From Longimicrobiales bacterium (GTDB lineage: Bacteria > Gemmatimonadota > Gemmatimonadetes > Longimicrobiales > Gaopeijiaceae): DNA of 64,000 nt. The notes under the pieces are model-generated. The model saw nothing but the letters and a program-made list of their open reading frames with translations. It searched no databases and was not told where the DNA came from. The translations under genes were made by a program, and so were the position numbers. The stretch spans positions 416,001 to 480,000 of the forward strand of contig JAWLHJ010000003.1 of the NCBI GenBank assembly GCA_041690395.1. The letters run 5' to 3'. Position 1 is the stretch's first letter. Every line of letters starts with the position of its first letter. Shown here one piece after another: positions 28,062 through 38,592 of the stretch.

Positions 28062-28583
28062 ATGGGTGGTGAACTCGCGGACCTGACGGAGCACCTCCAG
28101 CGGTACCGTGCGACAACGCTGCAGGTACTGGACCTGGTGGAGGCGGAAGACCTCGACTGGAGACCCAGCCGGAGTCAGTACAGCCTGGGCCAGCAACTCG
28201 TCCACATCGCCCAGACGGAGGATCACTTCTCCCGGGGACTGTTCGACCGAGACTGGAGCTCCGCCCGCCTTCGGTTCCCGAACCCCCTTCCCGCCCCTGA
28301 GGCCCTGCGCGCGTTTTTCGCCTCGGTTCGCCAGTACACCCTCTCGAAGCTGGAGGCCCTGGAACCGGATGAGCTCGGAGCGGTCGTTGAAGTCCCGAAC
28401 GGCCCTCCAGGCCACTCGATGCGGTCCTGGCTCTGGTTCATCCTCGAGCATGAGCTGCATCATCGAGGGCAGATCTGGGCCTACTTGCGGGCGATGGGCC
28501 TGGCACCTCCGTTCTACGCGATGCCGCTGGCGCCAGGTGAGCGGCCGGACATTGAGATGCGGGAGGAGCTCGGTGGCTTCTAG
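28062..28583 (+). CDS. DinB family protein
   Basis: GGAGGAGG RBS; 'SLGQQLVHIAQTE', 'EHELHHRGQI..YLR'. Confidence 0.92.
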   Translation: MGGELADLTEHLQRYRATTLQVLDLVEAEDLDWRPSRSQYSLGQQLVHIAQTEDHFSRGLFDRDWSSARLRFPNPLPAPEALRAFFASVRQYTLSKLEALEPDELGAVVEVPNGPPGHSMRSWLWFILEHELHHRGQIWAYLRAMGLAPPFYAMPLAPGERPDIEMREELGGF

Positions 28584-28595
28584 TTGGGCACCGTC

Positions 28596-29036
28596 ATGAC
28601 CGAACCTTCATTACGACGACTCTCCACCATCTCGGGAGGCCTCGCCTTCTTCTGGGCGTGCGCGGTGACACTCCACGTCCTGCGGGCTTCCAGCCCCACC
28701 GGCATGACCGTGTCGGCCGCCATCGCAGGGGTCGCGGGCGATCCTGGTTCCATCGCACCGCCGCTGGCTTCCGCCGACGGCGTATGGGTGACGGGACTGC
28801 TTCTAATCGTCTCGGTGCTATCGGGTGTGCCCTTCGCCATCACGCTGACCGATCCACCCGTCCAGACCGTGACGGCCTGGACCATCGGCTCGATGCTCCT
28901 CGCGTTCTCTCTTCTCGCAGGGCTCTCCCTTGGCTTGCCCTACCTACCGAGCGCGATTCTGGTCTTCGCGGTTGCCATACTGGCGAAGCGGGAAGAGGCA
29001 CTCAGGGTGCTCGGCTCGTCTCACAGGAGATCCTGA
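28596..29036 (+). CDS. Hypothetical membrane protein
   Basis: About four hydrophobic segments; 'SLGLPYLPSA'. Confidence 0.65.
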   Translation: MTEPSLRRLSTISGGLAFFWACAVTLHVLRASSPTGMTVSAAIAGVAGDPGSIAPPLASADGVWVTGLLLIVSVLSGVPFAITLTDPPVQTVTAWTIGSMLLAFSLLAGLSLGLPYLPSAILVFAVAILAKREEALRVLGSSHRRS

Positions 29037-29072
29037 CGCCCAACCATCATTTGCCGAGCCACCCCATTTAGT

Positions 29073-29082
29073 CTACAATGTG
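29073..29082 (+). promoter_or_regulatory. -10 box TACAAT / candidate PadR operator; leaderless start
   Basis: CTACAATGTG with ATG 6 nt after TACAAT and no SD; similar CTACATTGTG at 32193. Confidence 0.5.
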
Positions 29083-29085
29083 CTC

Positions 29086-29415
29086 ATGACAGCAAAGCAC
29101 GTGGGAGAGCTCGAGCACCTCATCCTCCTGGCCATCGTCCGCCTGGGGCCCGACGCCTATGGCATGAGCATCCTGCGGGAGCTCGAAGATCGGGCGAAGC
29201 GCACCGTCTCGCGAGGCGCGTTGTACCTCGTGCTCGAGCGCATGGTTAAAAAGGGCTACCTCGATACGCGCATGGGTGAGCCCACATCCGAGCGGGGCGG
29301 CCGCGCCAAACGCTTCTTCGCGCTCACGGACCCCGGTCGGGAGGCTCTCCGGGCCTCGGGTCGGTCCCTGCTGGCGCTCTGGGATGGCCTCGAGTCCATT
29401 CTGGAGGAAGGCTGA
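29086..29415 (+). CDS. PadR-family transcriptional regulator
   Basis: 'GELEHLILLAI..LG.DAYG', 'GALY..L.RM..KGY', 'ERGGRAKR'. Confidence 0.95.
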   Translation: MTAKHVGELEHLILLAIVRLGPDAYGMSILRELEDRAKRTVSRGALYLVLERMVKKGYLDTRMGEPTSERGGRAKRFFALTDPGREALRASGRSLLALWDGLESILEEG

Positions 29416-32057
29416 TGAGCCGATCTGCTCCTCCAACCCTGGCGGTCCGCCTCCTGAGGTGGGCCATCGGCACGCCGGAGGCCTTCGAGGGAATCGCCGG
29501 CGATCTGACCGAGGAGTTCCAGGAGCGATACACGTCCCACGGGGCGGCGGCGGCGAGAGGCGCCTTCTGGATCCAGGCCATATGGATCGCGGTGGTCTTC
29601 AGGACGCGGGGTCGCGATGTCCGCGCTCAGAGGCGTGCGCGCTCAAACATCCTGAGCGGGCTCCTGGACGAGCTGGTCCACGTCGGCCGGTCCCTCCGTC
29701 GCGCCCCCGGCTTCACGGTCCTGGCCGTCGCCATCCTCACGCTGGGCATCGGCACGTCCACCGCCGTGTTCGAGGCGTTCAGGTCCGTCGCGCTCGTCGA
29801 TCTTCCGGTCACGGACCCGGAGCGTATTCTCACGCTGTCCCTTCGCGACCAGACGGGTGCCGGCGTCCCCCTCGTCCCCGAGGAGATCGATGTGCTGCAC
29901 GGGGAGATGCAAGCCCTGCCCGCTGTCGCGGGAACGCTCACGCAACCCGGGACGATGCCCGTCACGGAGGGCGATCGGCCCCTCGTTCTCGACTTCGCCT
30001 TCGTCACGGCCCGTTTCTTCGATGTCCTAGGTGCGCGCCCGGCCCTGGGGCGCCTGTTCCGTGCCGAAGACGGTGCTGAAGGAGCCCGTGCCGTCACGGT
30101 CATCAGCTACCGCACCTGGCAGCGTGAGTTCGCTTCCGCACCGGACGTCGTGGGACGGACGCTCACGGCGACCCAGTATCAGGGGAGCTACGAGATCATC
30201 GGGGTGGCGCCCGCCGGACTCGACTTCCCCGTCGGGGTCGACTACTGGATCCTGCCTGGACCGCGCCGGCAGGCGCTCAACGTCGTCGCACGTATGGATC
30301 CAGGGACAACGCCGGACCGGGCCGGATCGGAGCTTCTGGCCAGGGCCCAGGGGATCGATAGTCAACGCGACCGGCCGAGCGAGCCCACCCGCGTCGAAGT
30401 GGAGCGCCTCCCGGATGCCGTCGTAGGAAACGCACGACCGCTGCTCCTCGTGGTCACCGCGGCGTCCGCGCTCCTTCTCCTCATCGCGTGCGGGAACGTG
30501 GCGGGGCTTCTTCTCATGCGCGCGGTTCGCCGATCACGAGATCTCACCGTCCGTAGGGCCCTCGGCGCGAGCTCGGGCCGGATCGCCCGGGGCTTCGTGC
30601 TCGAGGGTGCGGTGATCGGCATCGTCGCGGGTGGACTGGGGCTCCTCCTGGCATCGGGCCTCCTCACCGTGCTTCCTCATGTCGCGCCGGCGGAGGTCCC
30701 GCGCACCGAGCTGATCGCCATGGGTGGAGCTCCCCTGGGGATCGCAATGCTGGTGACTTTCCTGGCCACCCTCCTCGTGGCGGCCCTCCCTTCCCTGGCC
30801 GCGAACAGAAGCGATGTCGCCGCGGCACTGAGACGGGCGGGTCGGTGGTCGTCCTCGACACGAGGGGCACGGCGGACGCGCCGCGCGCTGGTGGCAGCAC
30901 AGGTCGCCGTGGCCGTCGTCGTGCTCTTCGGCGCGGGATTGCTCACCCGAACCCTGCAGCATCTGAATGGGCTGGACCTCGGGTACGAGTCGGAGCGCGT
31001 GGCCGTGCTCGAGCTGGGCATCGATCGGCGGAGCCTCAGCGGACCTTCGGAGCTGACCAGTCTCCTGGAAGGCGTCTTCGACGAGCTTCGGGCCATCCCT
31101 GGAGTCAACTCGGTATCTCCTGTCATGGCGCGCCCCTTCACCGGTGCCGACGGTGTCTTCCGGACGACACCGTTCGTGGAGGGCTACACTTCAGAGGCTC
31201 CGGCAGCAGACGCCGAGATCCCGCTGGAGTCGGGCGGTCCGGAGATCTTCGAGACCCTCGGGATTCCCATCCTCCAGGGTCGCGGCTTCCTGGACACCGA
31301 CCGTGAAGACGCGCCGAACGTGGCGGTCATCAGTCAGGGGCTGGCAGACCGATGGTGGCCAGACGACGATCCCGTCGGACGGCGTATCCGCTTGAGCCTG
31401 GGTCGCGAGGAATGGTGGACCGTCGTCGGCGTCGCCGGCGAGACGAGGTTCCGGAGACTCCGGGACGCCACGCCGACCATCTATCTGCCGTGGCGCCAGT
31501 TCCAGATCCTTCCCATGGCCTGGACCGTCGCCGTGCGCACCGATCGCGACCCATCGTTCCTGCCGTCACCCATGCGACAGGCCATCGCCGGGTTCGATTC
31601 CCGGATCTACCTCTGGACGACCGGCAGCCTGCGCGAGCACCTCAGCAAGGGGCCGCTGGCGGCACCCCGGACAACGGCCACCGTGTTGATTGCATTCGGA
31701 CTGACGGCGCTTCTGCTGGCGGCGGCAGGGCTCTACGGCATCATGGCGCTGGCCGTCCAGGAGCAGACTCGGGAGCTGGGCATCCGGCGAGCGCTTGGCG
31801 CGTCGGCGCGTGTGCTCCGGGTGGATGTGCTGAGGGACGCGCTACGCACCACGGCCGCCGGCGCTCTGCTGGGTCTCGGCGTCGCCATGCTCGGCTCGCG
31901 GCTGCTGGCGCCCCTCCTGTTCGAGGTGGGGCCGACCGACCCGGTCACCGTGCTCGGCGTATCGATCGTCATCCTCGGAGTGAGCATGCTGGCAGCGTAC
32001 GTGCCTCTTCGCCGGGCCACGTCGGTGGATCCACGGGTGGTGCTCCAAGAGGAGTGA
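29415..32057 (+). CDS. ADOP-type duplicated ABC permease (2x MacB_PCD/FtsX)
   Basis: 'RSLRRAPGF..LA...L.LGIG', 'LLLIACGNVAGLL', 'RRALGAS' twice, 'LVAAQVA'; TGATG coupling to PadR. Confidence 0.95.
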   Translation: MSRSAPPTLAVRLLRWAIGTPEAFEGIAGDLTEEFQERYTSHGAAAARGAFWIQAIWIAVVFRTRGRDVRAQRRARSNILSGLLDELVHVGRSLRRAPGFTVLAVAILTLGIGTSTAVFEAFRSVALVDLPVTDPERILTLSLRDQTGAGVPLVPEEIDVLHGEMQALPAVAGTLTQPGTMPVTEGDRPLVLDFAFVTARFFDVLGARPALGRLFRAEDGAEGARAVTVISYRTWQREFASAPDVVGRTLTATQYQGSYEIIGVAPAGLDFPVGVDYWILPGPRRQALNVVARMDPGTTPDRAGSELLARAQGIDSQRDRPSEPTRVEVERLPDAVVGNARPLLLVVTAASALLLLIACGNVAGLLLMRAVRRSRDLTVRRALGASSGRIARGFVLEGAVIGIVAGGLGLLLASGLLTVLPHVAPAEVPRTELIAMGGAPLGIAMLVTFLATLLVAALPSLAANRSDVAAALRRAGRWSSSTRGARRTRRALVAAQVAVAVVVLFGAGLLTRTLQHLNGLDLGYESERVAVLELGIDRRSLSGPSELTSLLEGVFDELRAIPGVNSVSPVMARPFTGADGVFRTTPFVEGYTSEAPAADAEIPLESGGPEIFETLGIPILQGRGFLDTDREDAPNVAVISQGLADRWWPDDDPVGRRIRLSLGREEWWTVVGVAGETRFRRLRDATPTIYLPWRQFQILPMAWTVAVRTDRDPSFLPSPMRQAIAGFDSRIYLWTTGSLREHLSKGPLAAPRTTATVLIAFGLTALLLAAAGLYGIMALAVQEQTRELGIRRALGASARVLRVDVLRDALRTTAAGALLGLGVAMLGSRLLAPLLFEVGPTDPVTVLGVSIVILGVSMLAAYVPLRRATSVDPRVVLQEE

Positions 32058-32192
32058 TCAAGACCCGGCCTCCGCTATTCGCTCTTGAGATGAACCGCCG
32101 GTTCCCGGGGATGTTTTCTTGCTCGGGATTTCCTCTTTGATGCCCCTAGCGGACGGGTTCATTGGCAGGCAGTTGCGCCCGGCCCAATAGTA

Positions 32193-32202
32193 CTACATTG
32201 TG
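32193..32202 (+). promoter_or_regulatory. Candidate PadR operator/-10 region
   Basis: CTACATTGTG, 9/10 identical to the site at 29073. Confidence 0.45.
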
Positions 32203-32246
32203 GGCATTGCGATCCAGCAGTCGGCCCGCAACCGAGGAGCCTCAGC

Positions 32247-32579
32247 ATGGGACAGTTGGGTGAGTTCGAGCAGATGGTCTTGTTCTCAGTGCTCCGGCTG
32301 GGTGACGAGGCGTACGGTCTCGCCATCCGCGACGTGATCAAGGACAAGACCGGGCGCACTGTCTCCTCCGGAGCCATCTACACCACGCTCGGGCGGCTCG
32401 AGGACAGACGCCTCATCGCGTCCAGCGTCGGCTTACCGATTCCCGGTCGCGCCGGCAGGCCAAGGAAGTACTACACGCTCACGCGATCCGGGGCGAAGGC
32501 GTTGATGGCCGCATACAGGACGACGCAGAACCTGGCGGACGGCCTTGTAGCGACGCTCGCAGACCTCGCCGAGGGTTGA
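32247..32579 (+). CDS. PadR-family transcriptional regulator
   Basis: GAGGAG RBS; 'LGEFEQMVL', 'AYG', 'GAIYTTLGRLE', 'GRPRKYY'. Confidence 0.95.
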   Translation: MGQLGEFEQMVLFSVLRLGDEAYGLAIRDVIKDKTGRTVSSGAIYTTLGRLEDRRLIASSVGLPIPGRAGRPRKYYTLTRSGAKALMAAYRTTQNLADGLVATLADLAEG

Positions 32580-32583
32580 AGCG

Positions 32584-35244
32584 ATGACATCCATGCATCG
32601 TCCTCCACGAGGCCTCCGCGTGATCGCGGCTCTTCTCATTCGTGGTGTTTACGCGCAGGACATCCTCGACGACCTGGACGAACTGATGATCCGGGACCTG
32701 CAGCGTGGGGTCCCCCGGTGGCGTGCGAGGCTCCGTTACGCGAGGAACATGCTCGCATCCGCGATCACCCTCTGGTGGGATCGATTAGGTGGCCTGGCGG
32801 GGCGGGGACCGTCGTTGCTGGACATGAAGTTGGGCATCCGGATGCTCACGAAGCGTCCCGGTTTGACGCTGGCCGGAGGTCTCGCGCTGTCTCTGGCGCT
32901 CACGATCGTGGTGGCCTACGCGTGGATCGACGACAACGTCCTGAGGCCCTCCTTGCCGTTCGAAGACGGAGGTCGAGTGGTCAGCCTCCAGAGATGGGAC
33001 ACCAGATCGGGGAGGCAGGAGCTCAGGCTCCTCCACGACCTTGTTACGTGGAGGGACGAGCTCCAGTCCATCCAGGACGTCGGTGCCGCGCTTCTCACGA
33101 CCCCCAACGTCGTCACCGGCGATGGTCAGGGCATCCCGGCATTCGGCGCCAGGATCAGCGCATCCGCCTTCCGGGTCACCGGAATCCCCCCGCTCTTCGG
33201 TAGGCCGCTGCAGGAGCAGGATGAGATGGCGGGCGCCCCGCCCGTGGCGGTTGTTGGCTACGACCTCTGGCAGAGCCGTTTCGGCGGCGACCCCGACGTC
33301 GTGGGCCAACGCATCCGCTTGGATACGGTGGAGGCCGAGATCGTGGGGATCATGCCGAGCGGATTTCGGTTTCCGCTGCGGGAGCAGCTCTGGCTTCCCC
33401 TCGGCCAAGAAGCCTCGAGGCATGCGCGAGGAGACGGCCCTCCGGTTCGCGTCTTCGGTCGCCTGGCGCCGGGCGTCTCCATCGAGGAGGCGGAAGCCGA
33501 GTTGGCCGGCATCGAGCGGAACCTGGCCGCTGCATCCCTGGAGACAGAGGCCCAGTTCCGGCCGCGAGTCCTACCATGGGCGGAGCTTGTGATGCCGCGG
33601 GGAAGCTCGGTGTTCGTCACCAGCACCTTACTCATCGTCGTGCTCATCCTGCTCGTGATGAGCGCGAACGTCGGAGTTCTCGTATTCGCGAGGAACGCCG
33701 AACGGGAGCGCGAAATCGCCATGCGGGCCGCGCTGGGGGCCAGCCGGCGTCGCATCGTGCTTCAACTCTTCGTGGAAGGCTTCGCGCTAGCGTCCGTCGC
33801 GGCGGCCCTTGCCCTCCTGCTGGGGCACTACGCCGTGGGGCGCGGCCTCGATGTCATGAGGGTTCAATGGGGGTACGTCCCGTTCTGGCTCAGCCGCGAG
33901 CTGCCTTCGCGAACCATTCCCTATGTGTTGGCGTTCACATTCCTGGCGGCGCTCGTCGCCAGCATCCCTCCAGCCCTCAAGCTGACCAGAGGCCGGTTCG
34001 GCAGCGCGATCCGCCAGGCGGGCGAGGGCGGATCCGGGCTCCGTTTCGGCCGGATCGCCACGGCCGTCATCGTGTTCCAGGTCGCCATCTCCGTCGCATT
34101 GCTCACTCGGTCGGCGAACATGCTCGCCGAGCTCCCAGGCGCGTTCGGCAGATCGGTCGATGGCGTTCCCCTCGCCGCTGAGGAGTATCTCGTGGCGCAG
34201 CTGGAGTTAGCCGGTGACCCGAGGAGTGGGACGGCTGACGAGTCTTCCGAGGACATGGTCAGGAACCACTACCGAGCGTCACGCGAGGCGCTGGCGGAGC
34301 GCCTTCGAGCCGAGCCCGAGGTGACCGGCGTGACCTTCGCGAGCGCGCTCCCGATCGGCGAGCAACCAGAGCGTCGTATCGAGATCGAGGGTTTGTCGAT
34401 ACCTGACGCCACAAGCACGGGATACGCGGTCCGCTCCTCGGCCGTAGCGCCTGGCTTTTTCGAGGTGATGGCCTCGCCTATCGTCGCCGGGCGAGACTTC
34501 CTACCGTCGGAAGACGCCGCTGCCGTTGCTGTCGTCGACGAAGCATTCGTAGAGCGCCTCTTGCCCGGAGAAGATGCGGTCGGCCGTCGCATCAGGTTCT
34601 CGGACGTGCCCCAGCAAGCGAGCGAGTGGCTCGAGATCATCGGCGTCGTTCGGCGGGTCGGGGCGGACGCCGGGGGGGCCGTAACACCGCCCGCGATCTA
34701 CACCCCGCTCGACCCCCTCGCTTCGGACGTGTACATGGCAGTCCACGTCGGCGCAGCCCCGGACGACTTCCCGTCCCGCCTCCGTGCCATGAGCACCGCG
34801 GTCGATCCAGCGATGCGCCTCTGGGACCTGGCCTCGCTCGAGGAAATCGCCGAGCGCGCCGCCCTCACAAGTCGATCGGCCACGCTCCTAGTGTCGTTGA
34901 TGGCCCTCGCGGCATTGACGCTTTGCCTGGCCGGCGTCTACGCCCTGATGTCGTTCATCGTCTCGAGACGCATTCGGGAAATCGGGATTCGAACGGCTCT
35001 GGGAGCCGGCCCGCGACGAATCGTCTCCTCCATCTTCTCCAGGGCCCTCATACAGCTCGGTCTTGGGCTGGCCGCGGGGGTACTCGTCTCGATCGTGCTC
35101 GGCGGAGGGTGGAGTGCGAGTCTCGAGAGCGGCTCGCTCGTCGCGGTAGCCGGAATGATGGGTGTGATGGGCCTGCTGGCGTGCGCCCTGCCGACCTGGC
35201 GGGCACTTCGAGTTCAGCCGACCGAGGCGTTCCGCGAGGTGTAG
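32584..35244 (+). CDS. ADOP-type duplicated ABC permease
   Basis: 'LDMKLGIRML.KRPGLT', 'SANV..L.FAR', 'EIAMRAALGASR', 'EIGIRTALGA'. Confidence 0.95.
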   Translation: MTSMHRPPRGLRVIAALLIRGVYAQDILDDLDELMIRDLQRGVPRWRARLRYARNMLASAITLWWDRLGGLAGRGPSLLDMKLGIRMLTKRPGLTLAGGLALSLALTIVVAYAWIDDNVLRPSLPFEDGGRVVSLQRWDTRSGRQELRLLHDLVTWRDELQSIQDVGAALLTTPNVVTGDGQGIPAFGARISASAFRVTGIPPLFGRPLQEQDEMAGAPPVAVVGYDLWQSRFGGDPDVVGQRIRLDTVEAEIVGIMPSGFRFPLREQLWLPLGQEASRHARGDGPPVRVFGRLAPGVSIEEAEAELAGIERNLAAASLETEAQFRPRVLPWAELVMPRGSSVFVTSTLLIVVLILLVMSANVGVLVFARNAEREREIAMRAALGASRRRIVLQLFVEGFALASVAAALALLLGHYAVGRGLDVMRVQWGYVPFWLSRELPSRTIPYVLAFTFLAALVASIPPALKLTRGRFGSAIRQAGEGGSGLRFGRIATAVIVFQVAISVALLTRSANMLAELPGAFGRSVDGVPLAAEEYLVAQLELAGDPRSGTADESSEDMVRNHYRASREALAERLRAEPEVTGVTFASALPIGEQPERRIEIEGLSIPDATSTGYAVRSSAVAPGFFEVMASPIVAGRDFLPSEDAAAVAVVDEAFVERLLPGEDAVGRRIRFSDVPQQASEWLEIIGVVRRVGADAGGAVTPPAIYTPLDPLASDVYMAVHVGAAPDDFPSRLRAMSTAVDPAMRLWDLASLEEIAERAALTSRSATLLVSLMALAALTLCLAGVYALMSFIVSRRIREIGIRTALGAGPRRIVSSIFSRALIQLGLGLAAGVLVSIVLGGGWSASLESGSLVAVAGMMGVMGLLACALPTWRALRVQPTEAFREV

Positions 35245-35268
35245 CAGGCACTGGCTGAGGCCAACACT

Positions 35269-35769
35269 TCAGCCCCGCCGAGTGCGGCTGAGAACGAGAG
35301 CCCCAACCCCACTCACCGCCGCCGCAGCGACCAGAACGGCCACCGTCCCACTCAGCCAGCTCCGCTGACCGAGTGCGAGGACCACGGCGGCACCCGCCAG
35401 CCCCAGCACGCCCAACATGCCCGCCTGCGCGAGCCGCCGGGGCACAGCGTCGACTCGCGTCCCCTGCCCCGCCCAACCCATCGCATTCAGCTCGGCCGCC
35501 ACGAGCAGCAGAGACGCGAGCGGAGGCACGAGCCAGGAGGTCGCGTCTCCGAACAGCAAGACCGCCACAGGCGCGAGGCTCAACACAAGGGCCGGCGTCA
35601 GCTCCCGCGGATCCGAGAACGCCGCTGGTACCGCCATCAACACCCCGACGACTCCCACGACAGCGAGCCACCACCGGACCCCTGTCGGCGACGCCGTGAG
35701 TGCGATGCCGACGACCAGGATCACGAGGACCACCGACCCCCAGCCGAACAGCACGCGGGTCCGGCTCAA
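35269..35769 (-). CDS. Hypothetical membrane protein (last gene of MoxR operon)
   Basis: TTG start overlapping upstream TGA; multiple TM helices. Confidence 0.7.
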   Translation of the reverse strand: MSRTRVLFGWGSVVLVILVVGIALTASPTGVRWWLAVVGVVGVLMAVPAAFSDPRELTPALVLSLAPVAVLLFGDATSWLVPPLASLLLVAAELNAMGWAGQGTRVDAVPRRLAQAGMLGVLGLAGAAVVLALGQRSWLSGTVAVLVAAAAVSGVGALVLSRTRRG

Positions 35770-37067
35770 CGGGCCCTCCTGAGCGTCGAAGCCCGCCGCG
35801 CGCGCTGGAGCGCTCCGATGACCGGCGTCATCGCGCCGTCCAACGGCGCCTGGACCACGGGAATGCCGATCTTCCTGAGCGCCGATCTCCGCCCGGCGAG
35901 CTCGAACGCCCACAACCGGCGGGCCAACCTGTCGGCCTCCGATTCCACCGGCCCGAGCTGGTCCATGACATCGATCATGACCACGGCGATGGAGCGGCCA
36001 CGGGCCCGCCACTTCGTGAGCACCCTGAGCACGGCAGCATCATGTAGCGTCGTCAGCACGATGACGAGCGCCGCCCTGGGAACGGCCACGTTCTGCCGCG
36101 AGGACATGACGCGGTCCGCGGCCTCGCCCCCGATGCGAAGAAGGGTCTCCATCAGTCTGTACTGAGCCAGCCGACCACCCGCCGGCGGCAGCCACTGGGT
36201 GCTCCCGCCGAGACCCACGAGGCCTACTCTGTCGTTGGCGCGCATATGCAGGGACGCCAGTCCCCAGGCCACTCTCGCGGTGCGTGCCAGGACGGCGCCC
36301 GCCGCGGCGGAGCCGTCGTCAAGGGCGTCGATGGCGATGACCACCTCGCCGGACACCTCCGGGTGGTGGCGATTCACGAACGCCCGGCCATGCCTGGCCG
36401 TGGCGGCCCAGTTCAGGTCCCGCAGGCGATCGCCGGGCACGTAGGGCCGGAGCTCTGCGAACTCGTGTCCATCCCCCAGTCGGCTGGATCTGTGCAGGCC
36501 CCAGACCGCTCTCGACTGGGGCGGACTGAGCAGCTTGTTCAGCCGCTCGCTTCCGGGCAGCACGCGGATGGCAGGACCCGCCATGATCCGCCCAGTCCAG
36601 GTGAGCAGCCCGAACGGCAGCGTCAACCTGAGCCAGAGCTCTCCAAGCGAGTGGCGACCCCACTGCACCGCATCCATCCGAACGGGGAGCTCGACGGACG
36701 AGCATCCCAGGACTCGTCGCGACGCTCCCTCACCGCTCCCGGTCACCACACCCTTGAGGCGATCCAACATCACGTGGGCATCGAAGTCCCCGTCCCACCA
36801 TACGAGGATCTTCCCCGTCACCACATCACCCTCGAGCACCTGATCCGAGTCCAGGATCATCCGGGCGTTGACCTCCACCTGGCCGAGACGGCGGAGCCCC
36901 AGCGCCAAGGCCAGGGCGAAGGGCACCCCGATGGCCGCAAGCACGCCCTCACCGAGCACCACGCCCGCCGCGAGGGCCCCGAACGCGATGACGAGGTAGG
37001 GGACGAGCCTCCCGTCACGCGCCGGCGACAGCGTGATCGTCTCCGTCGCTTCCACCGGAGGGATCAA
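35766..37067 (-). CDS. DUF58 domain protein
   Basis: 'G.EFAELRPYVPGDRLRDLNWAATAR', 'NDRVGL'; TTGA overlap with MoxR stop. Confidence 0.93.
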   Translation of the reverse strand: MIPPVEATETITLSPARDGRLVPYLVIAFGALAAGVVLGEGVLAAIGVPFALALALGLRRLGQVEVNARMILDSDQVLEGDVVTGKILVWWDGDFDAHVMLDRLKGVVTGSGEGASRRVLGCSSVELPVRMDAVQWGRHSLGELWLRLTLPFGLLTWTGRIMAGPAIRVLPGSERLNKLLSPPQSRAVWGLHRSSRLGDGHEFAELRPYVPGDRLRDLNWAATARHGRAFVNRHHPEVSGEVVIAIDALDDGSAAAGAVLARTARVAWGLASLHMRANDRVGLVGLGGSTQWLPPAGGRLAQYRLMETLLRIGGEAADRVMSSRQNVAVPRAALVIVLTTLHDAAVLRVLTKWRARGRSIAVVMIDVMDQLGPVESEADRLARRLWAFELAGRRSALRKIGIPVVQAPLDGAMTPVIGALQRARRASTLRRAR

Positions 37068-38053
37068 GACCAGCTCGGCGCCTCGACGGAGTCCACGATC
37101 CGGCCGACGACGTCCTCGGCCGAGACTTGTCGGGCCCACGCTTCGGCCTTGAGCACGACACGGTGGGCGAGCGTGGGAACGGCGATGGTACGCATGTCGT
37201 CCGGGCTCACGAAGTCCCGTCCGTCGAGCACGGCGCGGGCCCTGGCCAGCTTCAACAGGGCCAGCGATCCCCGGGGGCTGGCGCCCACCTCGAGTTGCCC
37301 GTCCTCGCGCGTCGCGGTGACCAGGCTCACGGCGTACCGCCGCAGGTCCTCCTCCACGTGCACGTCCTCCAGGCTCCGCTGCATGGCCGCGAACTCCGTG
37401 GCACCGACCACGGCCGTCAGGAGGACGTCGTCCTGCTTCCTGGCCGCGCGCCTGGACAGGATCTCCACTTCGTCCTCGGCGTCGGGATATCCGATGGTGG
37501 TGCGCAGGATGAAGCGATCGAGCTGTGCCTCGGGAAGCGGATAGGTGCCTTCGGATTCGATGGGGTTCTGGGTGGCGATGACGAGGAACGGGAGCGGAAG
37601 GCGGTGGGTGGTTCCGTCCGCGGTGACCTGTCGCTCCTGCATGGCCTCGAGCAGCGCCGCCTGGGTCTTGGCCGGCGCCCGGTTCACCTCGTCCGCGAGA
37701 ATGAGCTGCGCGAAGACGGGTCCCTCACGGAACTTCGGCTGGTTCGTCGCCAGGTCCAGCACCGTCGCGCCCGTGATGTCGGCGGGCAGCACGTCGGGAG
37801 TGAACTGGACCCGCGAGAAGTCCAATCCCGCCGCCGTGGCGAAGGCACGCGCGATGAGCGTCTTGGCGACACCGGGCACGTCGTCGAGGAGCACGTGGCC
37901 GTCCGCGAGGAGGCCGGCAAGGACGAGCTCGAGCACGGGCCGCTTGCCCACGACGGCCCGCTCCACCTCGGCCAGGATGCGGCTCGCCGCGTCCGCGGTC
38001 TCGGATACGCTCGCGGCTTCCACCATGTTCTCGGTCTCAGGCGATGCAGTCAC
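37064..38053 (-). CDS. MoxR-family AAA+ ATPase
   Basis: 'DVPGVAKT', 'RVQFTPDVLPADITG', 'LADEVNRAPAKTQAALLEAMQE', 'TQNPIE.EGTYPLPEAQLDRF'. Confidence 0.97.
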   Translation of the reverse strand: MTASPETENMVEAASVSETADAASRILAEVERAVVGKRPVLELVLAGLLADGHVLLDDVPGVAKTLIARAFATAAGLDFSRVQFTPDVLPADITGATVLDLATNQPKFREGPVFAQLILADEVNRAPAKTQAALLEAMQERQVTADGTTHRLPLPFLVIATQNPIESEGTYPLPEAQLDRFILRTTIGYPDAEDEVEILSRRAARKQDDVLLTAVVGATEFAAMQRSLEDVHVEEDLRRYAVSLVTATREDGQLEVGASPRGSLALLKLARARAVLDGRDFVSPDDMRTIAVPTLAHRVVLKAEAWARQVSAEDVVGRIVDSVEAPSWS

Positions 38054-38592
38054 AGATTCTCCAGATCGTCGAGGATGCGACTCAAGTCGCTCATGGGGAC
38101 GGGGCCGCGGAAGGAGGGATCGTTGGCGAATGCCGGCGCGTCGCCGAGCATCGGCTGGATGAGGGCCCAGGTGGGTTCCGACAGCAGCTCCCGGGCTCGT
38201 GCGTGGTCCTGGGGATCACTCAGGACCACACCATGGCGGTCCGCCAGGCGCCGCGATGCCTCGGCATGGACGATCTCCGCGGCCTCGCCGGGGATGGCCG
38301 CGCGCCTCGCCCGGCGAATGTCACCGGCGGCACTCAGCCGATTGGTCAGAGCCTCGAGCGCGGCGGGTCCGGCCCGTGGATCCCACCCCGCCTGTGCGCG
38401 GTCGAACGGCGAGTAGACCTCATGGCTCATCCGCATGGGAAGCGAAGAGCGGTAGATACGAACGCCCACCCATCCGAAGGCCAGCGTGGCGAGGAGCATC
38501 TGCAGCATGCGCTCCGCCACATGGGGCCAGGCGATGGCGATGACGAGATAGGCGCCACTCGCCATCGCCGTGGCAGACGCGAACGACCTCAT
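38050..38592 (-). CDS. Hypothetical membrane protein of MoxR operon
   Basis: Two N-terminal TM helices; 4-nt overlaps with both neighbours. Confidence 0.75.
   Translation of the reverse strand: MRSFASATAMASGAYLVIAIAWPHVAERMLQMLLATLAFGWVGVRIYRSSLPMRMSHEVYSPFDRAQAGWDPRAGPAALEALTNRLSAAGDIRRARRAAIPGEAAEIVHAEASRRLADRHGVVLSDPQDHARARELLSEPTWALIQPMLGDAPAFANDPSFRGPVPMSDLSRILDDLENL

Noticed and set aside
6492..28583. Integron cassette array
   Set aside because: Genes are in mixed orientation, no recurrent attC-like sites were seen and no integrase is present.
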